Source: Minutocellus sp. GHC0000111
Lineage: Eukaryota
DNA: 64,000 nt
NCBI GenBank assembly: GCA_977018835.1
Contig: OZ361260.1
Coordinates: 1,488,001-1,552,000, forward strand
Reading direction: 5' to 3'
Shown piece after piece: positions 11,719 to 22,072 of the stretch. The position numbers and the translations under genes were made by a program. Under the pieces are notes generated by a model. It made no database searches. It saw nothing but the letters and a program-made list of their open reading frames with translations, and was not told the DNA's origin. How positions within the stretch are numbered: the stretch's first letter is position 1; each line of letters opens with the position of its first letter.

Positions 11719-14700
11719 ATGGCACCACCAAGGAAACGGCGCAAATCAGACGAAGCATGGAACGAGAAACGGAGGGCCGAACGCCGAGCAAAAGGTGGGA
11801 GGAAGTTTGCTGCTGGGTACCCTGAATGGTACAGATACACGAGCGATGAAATGAGACATGCACATGACCTGTGCATTCTTGCCCGGAACTGCGCGCTGAA
11901 GGGTAAGGTACCGGCGAGCGCGCGTGTAGCAAACATGAATTTTGCAGCAATGATGACACAGGCAATGGCAGCAGGTGTTGTTCTTCCAGTACTTTTGGTA
12001 CCACCGATTGCTGCTGCTTCCGCAATGGCAAGCATTCCAAACGTAAATTTGGCAGTGATGGCGCCAACAGCAGCAGGTGCGCTTCCAGTAGTATCACCAA
12101 CCATGGCCACGGCGACACCAGCACCGCCTGCCGCTGCTGCTGCTGCGGCAGCACCAGCAGCAGCTCGGACGGCAGTCGCATCTCCGGCCCCGGCTCTGAA
12201 CGGTAGCACCGACAAGAGCGACAATGCCAATGGTGATGCAGATGCGATGGAATGTGAATCGGATAGTGGACCGATGCCGGCGCAGGATGACGATTCTGAA
12301 CTTGTGCCGGCGCAGGATGACGATTCGGTCCATGTCGACGCCGTTGGCATCAGCCCGACGGGGGACGATCCAGACCAGTCCTCCGCGCCGATGCCAACTG
12401 TACATGTACCGATACCGACGCCGACGCCAACTATACCGATACCGCCGACTCAGATGGGCGGCAGGCGCCTGAGGCCGAGGCCGGGGCGTGCGGGGCAGAG
12501 CGATGAAGCAGCAGAGGGGGAGCGCGACTGTGAATTAGACTTTGAGCATTGCTGCGGCTGCTGCTTGGTCTGCAAAAGAATGTTTGACAGCGAAAGTCTC
12601 AAGGGATGCCTCGAGCGCAAAGATTCAGAGTTGGATGGAGTGGGTCTGTTTGCAACCCAAAACCTGCGAAAGGGCGATCCCGTTGTGGAATACGAGGGGA
12701 AGATTCAGACACACGATAGGAAGTCGAGGCCCAGCGGGAAATACATAGTGAAGGTGTCAGGGTCAACGTACATCCATGGGAGCGAGAGCAGCATGGGCAG
12801 CGCGGCGAACCATGGTTGCGCCGAGAAAGCGAACTGCGAGCTGAGAAAGAAGGTGCTCCCCGGCCGTACCCGTGAGACGGTATTCATTGTGGCGCGCGAG
12901 GACATCGAGAAGGGGTCAGAAATTCTTTTTGATTATGGCGACGGGCACGACCTCGGGCATGGGTGTAGGTGCGGCAGCCTCAAGTGCCGCAGTTTGGCCG
13001 CAGACGGCATCAGCGACGGCGGCGGCAGTGATGGAGATGCCGACGGATTCTCCAACGACGATGAGTACGAGGACGGCGGTCTCGATGATCTGACGGAGAA
13101 GGAATTGGGAAGGCCACGGCGGGGGGGACCGCTCGGTCGAAGGAGCAGCCGGCTTTCCGATCCTTCGGATCCTTCGGACCGCCCAACGCCCGAGGATGCC
13201 ACCACGTACCAGCAGCCACCGAAGAGGAAGAAGAAATCCAAGCCTGGAAAGGCAAAAGCTCCGCGGGCGGTCCATCAGAAGCAACCGAGTAGGAGGGAGA
13301 CCACCAAGGCTGGCGTCGATACCCACGGCCGCGACGGAATCGTCGACGAGAAGGAAGTCCAGGAGGAGGTGGAGAAGGTGTTGGCCGCCTTTGGCAAGAG
13401 AACGCAATCTGCGGCTGGCACATGAGCACCCCGGACGAAGGCTCACCGGACGAGTCTACACTCGGCTCACCTTGCCTACTACGACGATTTCAATACGAAA
13501 GATGACGTCCAATTGTTTGTCGACGGAACGGTTGTGTTCAAAGACGAAGAATACTTCAACCGGAGGAATGCGCTCATGATCAAGGTCAACGCCATCCTTG
13601 CTGCGCAGCACAGACCCCCACCACGAGCGATACCGATACCACCGCTCGTTGGCCTCTCTTCTGTGCTGACGAAGGAAGACGTTGGGGCTCTCGTCAATTT
13701 CTTTTTCGACAAGGATGGGTCTCTCTCGAAGGTGGCATCGGCCATGGTCAAGGAATGTGGCTACATAGTATTTCATGGTGCGCGTCCAAATGCTGTCAAC
13801 CGAGACAAGCGGTATCAAGTCAAACGTGAGTGTCCCGCTCTGGAAATCGGATGATCGAATCGCGGCTCCTCCCGCCTATTTCTCCCCTCTTTACGCTTGT
13901 TCTCGATGGCAACTCTCACCACTTGTTCGTATGTCATTTATTCCCAATGGTGCTGTTCGTTCCCGCTACTCTTCGCAGTGCGCGTTGATGCCCTGCTTGC
14001 TGAAGGTCAACATACCGGTGAAAGAAAGGATAAAAAAAAGAATCCATGCCAAGAGAAGGTGGAGACAATATTGCGTGCCTGCTTGCCAGAGGATTCCGAC
14101 TTTGTAGAAATTGTTCTCCTCTTTGGGGGCGAGGAGGACCAGGCATTTCATGTAGACACGGAAAGGCAAAAAGCACTGCACATTGTAAGTTTGATTCATG
14201 CTCCATCGGAACCGCATCTCCGTCTCGGCCTCTCTTGACCTTTCTCTGCCATGCTTTCTCATCGCCATGCTTTTCTCATACCCATGCGCCTCCATTCCCT
14301 TTTCCGCTCTCATCCCAATCGGGCCGACCGTTGCCTTCCACGCAACGCCTCTGTCCAGACGGGTCTGCCGATGGAAGCGAGCATCAGTGACGTGGTCAAA
14401 AGGCTAGATGATAGTAACACCCAGGTGGGCTGGGAGACCGACTATCTGGGATATGAAACCGCCATGTCGGCCAAGAATGCCCCATCGAGCGTCTTGATAG
14501 GATTGGACGGCGGGGGCTCAATTCACCTTGGGGTTCAGCAGGACCGCATCCTGATCGAGAAGAAGGATGGAATGCGCTTCTGTCGCATCAAGGGGGACAA
14601 AGGGAATCAACAGTTTCCAGTGATGAGATCGACCAAGCATCTGGCCGCGATCAAGGTGGAGAGGGGGGCAAGATTCATTGGAAACTCCCCCCACGCCGGC

Positions 14701-15419
14701 GTCCGCAATTTCAGTCGAGATTCGGATGAGCAGAAGCTGGCAAACCAACTCCACGAGGCCATTGCCGAGGCAGGTGAAAACAATGTGCGATCGGTGAAGG
14801 ACGAACTGACCAAATTTGTGGGTCTGAACAAGCTCTGCCGGCTTCATTTCTCGACGGAGCCCAAAGACAAGTTTGTGTTGATTCCACGCGACAGAGTGGG
14901 CTACGATGGCTGCGAGAACAATCCAGCCAGAAATGGCTTCATGGACCCGGTGGGTACGAAAATGGCGAGAAGAGCCAAGAATCCCTCCGTCTCTGCCTCA
15001 TCATCCCCTGCCATCCGGACCAATACCCCTGTGGCATCAGCCAGCAACGCAGTTGGCGGCAGAACAAGCCGACGCCGGCGAAGGCCCCGAACCAACACCG
15101 CTGGCAACGGGTCGGCACCGATTGCAGGTGCGGCCGCAGCGTACGGTACCAGCGATGCGATCGACCAGCCCAAAAGCCGACGCACGACTCGAAACGACAC
15201 GAAGAAGGCCACGCTAGAAGAGGTCAAAGTTGGCTCACGAATCAATTTTTGTGGGTCGATAGGTATTTTAAGGCAACCATCGCTTCGAGGGAGGAAGATC
15301 AAGGCCCTCATTGCTACGAGATCCACTTTGATGATGGCGAGATAGACACGATAGATCTGTCGGACAGCGAAGAAAAGTTCTACATTCTGACCGACGACAG
15401 CTTGCTACGTAGATGCTGA
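11719..15419 (+). CDS. SET/post-SET + 2OG-Fe(II) dioxygenase + Tudor-like multidomain protein. Two introns, an in-frame TGA at 13423 and a one-base deletion at about 15250; possibly a pseudogene.
   Basis: SET motifs GVGLFA, EYEG, AANHGC, EILFDYG and post-SET CRCGSLKCR. The same frame continues past TGA 13423. Phase-consistent introns at 13826-13978 and 14185-14358 join DQAFHVD (HxD), FIGNSPHAG (distal His) and CRLHF (Arg). After the T-run indel the frame reads VKVGSRINF-LWVDRYFKATI...YEIHFDDGEIDTIDL. Confidence 0.75.
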
Positions 15420-15730
15420 TAGCTGCATCAACACCTACAGGACTGCATGTAAACGTAACCCTATTGCATAACACAGGCTACTACTCAGCTATTAGACTAG
15501 CTACGTAGTGTGTTAATTACACGCACATATATACTGTAATGATCATCTCATAATACACACAATCAATTGTACTGCACATTGAATGGTTCAGTATCTCACC
15601 ATCAGATGCCATCCGTACCAACTCGGTTCGGTCTGGAAGGTCAAATTCCGACGGCATTACGTAGTACAACAGGAATCAGTCAGGTTCAGGTTCACCAATC
15701 ACCCTCGCTCACTCCGGCGGGATCGATGGA

Positions 15731-16321
15731 ATGGATACTCTCGTCGGCACTGATGTTACCGATACGCACGCTGTTTCCAACAGGTCTGCCGATGTGCGCA
15801 GGGTCACGCTGGAAGTAGCCAATCAGCCTACCAAGCGTATGGCCAAGCCACATGAAGATACTCCCCGTCCCACCAAGGTCCCCAAGTTGGGCGGCACGGT
15901 CGATGCTGCCAAGGCCCTCCGGAGCCTGGACCCCAATGCCTGCAAGGCTGCCAATTCACCCCGGAGCCTGAGTGCCAAGGCCCGCATCCCGGTCAGCATT
16001 GCCGAAGTGGCCGAGCTCACGCCTTCGCCCCGTGGTAGTGACGGTATCGGATACAAATCCGCTCAGAAGGATGACAATAAGGAGAATATGGATGATGCCA
16101 AGTTCGGAAGCGCCAACTTTACCGCTGGACCGGATCTGATCCTTGGCAATGGAGGTTACGAGACCGAAGTGAGGGTGTACAAGAAGATGGAAACGTCCAT
16201 CGTCAGCAGGGCCTGGGCGGAGGCGAAGTTCCCGGGCGACCAGATCATCTGCGGCCGCATCCCGATCACCCGTTTCGGATTGTTCTGGAGGGGCCGTCAG
16301 CATGGATGGTCTGCTGACTGA
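15731..16321 (+). CDS. Hypothetical protein or fragment, 196 aa
   Basis: ATG-started ORF with coding-like GC3 and a short internal repeat (CCGGAGCCTG x2). No recognisable domain. Confidence 0.35.
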   Translation: MDTLVGTDVTDTHAVSNRSADVRRVTLEVANQPTKRMAKPHEDTPRPTKVPKLGGTVDAAKALRSLDPNACKAANSPRSLSAKARIPVSIAEVAELTPSPRGSDGIGYKSAQKDDNKENMDDAKFGSANFTAGPDLILGNGGYETEVRVYKKMETSIVSRAWAEAKFPGDQIICGRIPITRFGLFWRGRQHGWSAD

Positions 16322-16398
16322 TGCCCAACCTGATGGCACATTGCATTGACATGTCATTTCAGCGTTGCCCCCCTGCCTACTCATAAAGTCTTCCAGCG

Positions 16399-17940
16399 AT
16401 GAAGAGAACGGCGCCGACAACAGATTCCATTCCGCGACGGGCGGTTGCTCTCGATCTCTTGCTGATGTCGCTACTTCTACTTTGGCCCACCTCCTTGGCA
16501 CAGGGGTTGTCAATCAACAAACACTCACAATCTTCGAATAGCATCGTATCCAAGAAGGCAAATGGTGGTGCCAGCAAGACATTCATATTCGACGCCGCCG
16601 AGACAGGTGCTGCCAGTAGAGTGGATGATTATCGGCGCATCCTTCAGCGAGCACTTGACATCTCACTTCTGCGGAATAAGATCCACTCAACGCTTCGCGC
16701 CACTTTTCTTCCGTCCGGTTATCCATTTCAAACTCCGACAGGATATATCGCTTACTCTTCTTGGAGCTGGCTACAGGACCTTACAACTCAAATGAGGGCA
16801 GTCCTTGCAACTCAGCGGGTGTTGGAGGGAGTTGGCGTTGGCAAGGAAGGTGCCACTGCATTGAGTGCATCACTAAACTTTATATTTCGTGATGGATGTG
16901 GTATGCTCGCCTCTCTTCTCTTTACCTCCTTGGCAGCATCAAGATTTCGTTCGGATATCAAACGATGGAGATTGTTTGCTGATATTGCTGTTGATGTTGG
17001 CATTACACTCGAAGTAGCAGCTCCACTCTTTCCAAAGAAGTGGTTCCTCCCCCTCATATCCATTGCGAATAAATTTAAAGCCATATGTGGTGTTGCTGCT
17101 GGATCCACTGGCGGTGCGATCAATGTCCATTGGGCAAGAGGAAGTGACATATCAGACATTAATGCAAAATTTGGAGCTCAGCACACCGTAACGGGTGGTT
17201 TGGGGCTAGTTTCGGCGGCAGTATTCGCTGCTTCGATGTCGCACGCGCCACAGGCAATTACTTGGATCCTCTACGCCTTGCTCACTGCCTTTCACATATA
17301 CGCCAACGCCAGATGTATGAGGCTGGTCGCTTTTGATTCACTCAATACGTCTCGAATAGATTTGTTGATCTCGCAATTTTTGGAGCAGAGGGATGGGACG
17401 GACGGCGCTTCGATGAATGAAAAGTCACAGTCGTTGATGGATCCAGCCCAAATGTCTAGAATCGAACCACTCTTCTTTGTTTGGAAACGACCGAGAAATC
17501 TTTCCAAGTTCCCAATTTTGAGCGGTATATCTTTCAATGAATTCGCTTGTCTTTCCGGCGAATCTTGTTCGGTGCTCAAGGATGCCGTTCAAAAGGCCCA
17601 AAAGGATCGGTATTTGGTTGCGAGTGGCAAACGTCGAAGAGGAAGGAGGGGACTGTCTATTCTTCTCGTATTCTTCTCATCAGCAACTGCTGAACAGAGG
17701 GCCAAGGGGTATTTTCATGCACTCTGCTTATGCCAGGCATTGGAAAGGGAAGGATTTCACCCCAGAGGGCGACGAGGACAACATTTTCGATCCTATAAAA
17801 ATATTCACCAAGCCGAGGAGAGTGCGAGGCAAGAGTGTGAGAAATCCTGGCCATTGTTCCGAGAGAGGGCAGTGAAAGCTAGCTGGGATCTGTCGCAAAC
17901 AGTCCTGGCAACAGAAGGCTATGATTTGGACACAAGTTGA
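16399..17940 (+). CDS. RUS1/RUSF1-like (DUF647) protein
   Basis: FLPSGYP, LATQRVLEGVGVG, FRDGCGMLASL, DIKRWRLFAD, DINAKFGAQ, HIYAN; N-terminal signal peptide. Confidence 0.9.
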   Translation: MKRTAPTTDSIPRRAVALDLLLMSLLLLWPTSLAQGLSINKHSQSSNSIVSKKANGGASKTFIFDAAETGAASRVDDYRRILQRALDISLLRNKIHSTLRATFLPSGYPFQTPTGYIAYSSWSWLQDLTTQMRAVLATQRVLEGVGVGKEGATALSASLNFIFRDGCGMLASLLFTSLAASRFRSDIKRWRLFADIAVDVGITLEVAAPLFPKKWFLPLISIANKFKAICGVAAGSTGGAINVHWARGSDISDINAKFGAQHTVTGGLGLVSAAVFAASMSHAPQAITWILYALLTAFHIYANARCMRLVAFDSLNTSRIDLLISQFLEQRDGTDGASMNEKSQSLMDPAQMSRIEPLFFVWKRPRNLSKFPILSGISFNEFACLSGESCSVLKDAVQKAQKDRYLVASGKRRRGRRGLSILLVFFSSATAEQRAKGYFHALCLCQALEREGFHPRGRRGQHFRSYKNIHQAEESARQECEKSWPLFRERAVKASWDLSQTVLATEGYDLDTS

Positions 17941-17967
17941 AAGCAGGGGCAGAACACGTATAAGTAG

Positions 17968-18081
17968 AATCTACGCACACGTTTATCAAATTGTCATCTT
18001 TAGATCTACAGTAGGGCAAGATCAATACCAATTGTAGGCGAGCCGAGTCGAGTGAGTCGAGTCGAGTCGAGTCAAGGCAAT
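17968..18081 (+). repeat. Dispersed repeat copy 2, interrupted by TAGATCTACAGTA and followed by a (CGAGT)n microsatellite
   Basis: AATCTACGCACACGTTTATCAAATTGTCATCTT[TAGATCTACAGT]AGGGCAAGATCAAT...GTAGG-(microsatellite)-TCAAGGCAAT. Confidence 0.75.
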
Positions 18082-18181
18082 GATTAATTTGATGCTTCGC
18101 ACAAAATTGCTCCTCATTCAATCGAATCTTTCTTCGTTTCTACAACGAGGAAAACCATATCACGCGGCAAGTGCAAGGCAA

Positions 18182-21100
18182 ATGACCTCCGCTCCGCTGT
18201 GCCTCCGGAGACGACCCTGCTCATTCAGGCCAATAATACATGTAGGAATTCCTAGTCTGGCTTTGCTGCTTGCTACCATGGAGGACGCCAGCGGCGCCGC
18301 CGATGCAGCGGACGATGACTTTCGCTTCACAGACGGGGCAGCCGAGGTGGCACCGACGACGTCCATCGCGTGTGCCTTGATTTTTGGTTCGATCATTTTC
18401 GCCACTGTGTCCCTCCTCTCTCGCACTTGGATGTCTGGGGATGTTCGTGCCATCGAGAGGGCGTTCGATGCTCGGTCTTACCCGCTCAATCTGCGCTCAT
18501 ATGAGTCTCTCTACACGCTGCTGCATCACTTCTCGGTGCTTGGGGTGATACTGCTGTTTGCGTACATTTGCGAATATCATCCGCCGTTCCCTCATGCCGA
18601 AAAGTCATACGATCGAGATGAATTTTTCTTCCTCACGGCGATACTGCTGGTTGCAAGTGCCTATACGGTGCACAAGAATGACGGGATGGACGCCGCGGCG
18701 CTTGCAGAAAGCAAGGGTAAGAAGGACGATGACAGTCCTCAGAAGAGTGCTACTAGGTCATCCGGTCCTGTGGCGTCGAATGAGGATGATGATGACGACG
18801 ACGAGGAGGATGGTAGCGACGAGGAAGCTGCCGCAGGAAAACAAAGATCTTCCAAGAGAAGATCCAGCGGTGGAAACAACAGTGGCGATGAAGAAAGTGG
18901 CGATAACGGCAAAGATGATGATGAAGGGTCTCTGGATACTGTTGGAACTCCAGATAACCAGGATGATGACAATGATGAGGATGGTGGTCGTGGCAGATCT
19001 GCTGCCAAATCCTCCGATCCCCTGGCCTTTTTGCCGTCTCGTGGCCGCTCAAAAAGGTCCGGTGCTGGTGCTGCTGGTGCTGGTGCCGGTCGCGCAGGAC
19101 GACCAGGAGCTGGGGCAGGAGCTGGACGATTTGGACGTCGGCGGAGAGATCTGGACGCCGGTCGTGCTGCTTATCGAGTCAAACCTGTCGCCGAGGCAGT
19201 AGAGGCCAACGACGTGCTGAATCGAGATCAGACTGAAGAATGGAAAGGTTGGATGCAATTCATTTTCCTTCTCTATCATTACTACAGTGCCGGGGAGGTC
19301 TACAATAGCATTCGGATCATGATTACATTCTACGTTTGGATGACTGGCTTCGGCAATTTCTCCTTCTTTTACGTCAAGGGCGATTTCTCCTTGGTCCGAG
19401 TCTTGCAGATGCTTTGGCGTCTAAACTTTTTTGTCATCTTCCTCATGCTAAGTCAGGGCACAACGTACATTCTTTACTACATCTGCCCGCTTCATACCTA
19501 CTTCTTTCTGATGGTATACTTCACCATGAAAATATTCCGTGGTGCCAATTATATGAAGTATCAGATCCGATTGAAGCTCATGTTTCTTGCCGTTCTCATT
19601 TATCTGTTTTGGGATGTGGAGTCGCCAGTGTGGAAAATGGTTCATCTGCCCTTTTTGAGCGAAACGCCTATGCTCGGTGCGACTGGTGGTTCAATGTGGG
19701 AGTGGTACTTCCGAACAACACTTGATCATTGGTCTACGTTCTTGGGGATGCTCTTTGCACTCAATTATCCCATCACTTCGTTGTGGTACCGAAAGCTCGA
19801 AGCTCAGCCGCCTCATAAGGAATGGCTCGGCAAGGGCATTGTCGGAATTGTCATTTTCGGTGGATTTGTGGCTTGGGTCATTGGACCATTCCAACAGCCC
19901 AAACTTGAATACAACAGCACCAATGCCTACTTTGGATTTGTCCCGCTCATTACGTTTATTTATTTCCGCAACTTGACTCCGACGATGAGAGAATATTCAC
20001 TGGATTTGCTTCATCAAATCGGAAAGACCACATTGGAAACCTATCTAATGCAACATCACATATGGTTGACTTCCAATGCCAAAAGCCTCCTAACGCTCAT
20101 TCCAGGATGGCCTCGTGTCAATATGTTGGTCGTTACCGTCATCTACTTCTTTACGAGTCGTCGACTGTACAAGCTTACGTTGCATCTGAGAGGTATTCTT
20201 TTACCTAACGATCGAAATGCATGCCTCAAATCACTTATGGGCTTGTCTGGCATAATTGGTGGATTCTATGCGATGGCTTTGACATTGGAAGCATACGGCT
20301 ACACAAGTTTGACAGTTTTGGCTGCGATTTGTGTCGTTTGTGGCTTCATCCTCTATGGAACAGTGATCGATGCAAGCTGGGACTACTATCGAAAGACCGC
20401 ACCGCTCGCGAAGGACGATCAAGTTCTGCAAGGCGCAGAAAACGTGGAGCGGCCAGACTTTGAATCTTCCATTTCCCGCGTAGCTTCGCCACTTTTCGGA
20501 GCCATGGCTTTGTTTGTCCTTGGTTTGACATGGCACGGAATGGCCGAAGCTGGTGCTGGGAAGATTCAACCACTACCAGAGCATTGTTCCGTCTTTGCCA
20601 ATGATGGTCAATGGATCCCGATCAATGGGTGCAACGAAGGGATGCGGGCAGAAGCTTACAGAAACTACGATACTTTTGGCTTTGCAACTTGTGGAAGTAC
20701 AGGATCATATGCGTGGGCATGGAACATAACAGATCCGTCAACATATTGCCGATTTGCACGAAGAGATAGCCGTCAGCTGAAAAAAGCTCTGAACAAGCGA
20801 AGATTACTTTTCATTGGAAACTCTATGACCAGAAATACTTATCATGCTATGATGCGTGCCTTGGGAGTTGAAGGCTCTGGCGGATACGATGCTACAGGGG
20901 CCAAGCACGCCGACATATCCAACGAAGTTGGTTCAATCAACGTTGACTTTGTGTGGGCACCTCTTGCATCTGATCAACTCGCCGCATTTCAGAATTTGAA
21001 CCGAAAGCTTGCAAAGGGAGATGAATGGGAAAGAGGATTTCCCGACTTGATAGTCGTCGGAGGCGGAGCTTGGGACAGACTCCATCAGTACGTCACCGAA

Positions 21101-22000
21101 GAAGACCAGGATTCTCTCAAGGAGACATTGCGAGAATTGAAGACTCAAATCATCTCCATGGAGGAAGATGGCGCTCCAGTAACATGGCTCGTCCCAACCA
21201 CCATCAATGATCGTGCTCTCAACACCGAAGAAAAGCGAGATCATATGACCGAGCTCGATATGGAGGACATGCGAGATGTTTATGCTGACATTGGACTCTT
21301 GTCGGCATGTTCCTTCGTGGTCGATGGTCCTGCCTTCACCAAATCGCGGAGGAAAGAGAGTTATGACGGAGTACACTATCCTCCACAGGTCTACGATGCT
21401 GGCGCTCAAATACTTGCCAACGCAATGGATTGGTTACTGCCCGAGAGAGACGATACGGGAGAAGACTTCGTCCCTATGCAACCAGGGAGAATGGCGAATC
21501 CGTATCTCGGCTTGATGATGCTTTGTTTTGTCTTCGTTGGTCTCATGTTCTTCGATGGTTTTATGGGCGTGTCGTACTTAGCATCCATGTGTGTCAGTGG
21601 AATCATGCCTAATGATCTGTTCGAAGAGGCATTCACGACACTACATAAGAAGGCAAACCTACCGCTTGAGGGCATTCTCAGCGAAGAACAACCAACGAGA
21701 GGATCGAAATTCAAAGCGGGTAGAGGAGGCCGATCAGGTCGGGCTGGCATTCGCGGCAGGGAAGATCGTGGTGGCGGCGGCGGTGGAGGTTGGAAGTCAA
21801 AGTATTCCGACAAGTACCAAGGTCGACGGAGTCGGGGGGCAGATCGCAAGGAGAAGAGCTATAAGCGCGAAGATACTGCCATTTCTGTCAAAGAAGAGGA
21901 GGAGGATAAGCCTGCTGTACGAAGTAGACACGGAAGACGGAATGCACCACCGAGGGATAGCGTGGATGATGAAATCGCTGCCTTACTTGGACGAAAATAA
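18182..22000 (+). CDS. Cas1p/RWA/CASD1-type 10-TM O-acetyltransferase with a C-terminal SGNH (PC-esterase-like) domain
   Basis: LNRDQTEEWKGWMQ, YVWMTGFGNF, YYICPLHT, EWYFRTTLD, GKTTLETYLMQHHIWL; then FIGNSMTR and DGVHY. Single 1300-codon ORF. Confidence 0.92.
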   Translation: MTSAPLCLRRRPCSFRPIIHVGIPSLALLLATMEDASGAADAADDDFRFTDGAAEVAPTTSIACALIFGSIIFATVSLLSRTWMSGDVRAIERAFDARSYPLNLRSYESLYTLLHHFSVLGVILLFAYICEYHPPFPHAEKSYDRDEFFFLTAILLVASAYTVHKNDGMDAAALAESKGKKDDDSPQKSATRSSGPVASNEDDDDDDEEDGSDEEAAAGKQRSSKRRSSGGNNSGDEESGDNGKDDDEGSLDTVGTPDNQDDDNDEDGGRGRSAAKSSDPLAFLPSRGRSKRSGAGAAGAGAGRAGRPGAGAGAGRFGRRRRDLDAGRAAYRVKPVAEAVEANDVLNRDQTEEWKGWMQFIFLLYHYYSAGEVYNSIRIMITFYVWMTGFGNFSFFYVKGDFSLVRVLQMLWRLNFFVIFLMLSQGTTYILYYICPLHTYFFLMVYFTMKIFRGANYMKYQIRLKLMFLAVLIYLFWDVESPVWKMVHLPFLSETPMLGATGGSMWEWYFRTTLDHWSTFLGMLFALNYPITSLWYRKLEAQPPHKEWLGKGIVGIVIFGGFVAWVIGPFQQPKLEYNSTNAYFGFVPLITFIYFRNLTPTMREYSLDLLHQIGKTTLETYLMQHHIWLTSNAKSLLTLIPGWPRVNMLVVTVIYFFTSRRLYKLTLHLRGILLPNDRNACLKSLMGLSGIIGGFYAMALTLEAYGYTSLTVLAAICVVCGFILYGTVIDASWDYYRKTAPLAKDDQVLQGAENVERPDFESSISRVASPLFGAMALFVLGLTWHGMAEAGAGKIQPLPEHCSVFANDGQWIPINGCNEGMRAEAYRNYDTFGFATCGSTGSYAWAWNITDPSTYCRFARRDSRQLKKALNKRRLLFIGNSMTRNTYHAMMRALGVEGSGGYDATGAKHADISNEVGSINVDFVWAPLASDQLAAFQNLNRKLAKGDEWERGFPDLIVVGGGAWDRLHQYVTEEDQDSLKETLRELKTQIISMEEDGAPVTWLVPTTINDRALNTEEKRDHMTELDMEDMRDVYADIGLLSACSFVVDGPAFTKSRRKESYDGVHYPPQVYDAGAQILANAMDWLLPERDDTGEDFVPMQPGRMANPYLGLMMLCFVFVGLMFFDGFMGVSYLASMCVSGIMPNDLFEEAFTTLHKKANLPLEGILSEEQPTRGSKFKAGRGGRSGRAGIRGREDRGGGGGGGWKSKYSDKYQGRRSRGADRKEKSYKREDTAISVKEEEEDKPAVRSRHGRRNAPPRDSVDDEIAALLGRK

Positions 22001-22072
22001 ATAAATTTGGAACATACATTTACAGCGTAAAGAGAAGCATTTTCTCGCAATAATTTCTTTTCGTTAAACAAG

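Noticed and set aside
18182..22000. Cas1p name as CRISPR Cas1
   Set aside because: The motifs are those of the capsule-synthesis O-acetyltransferase family, which is unrelated to the CRISPR integrase.
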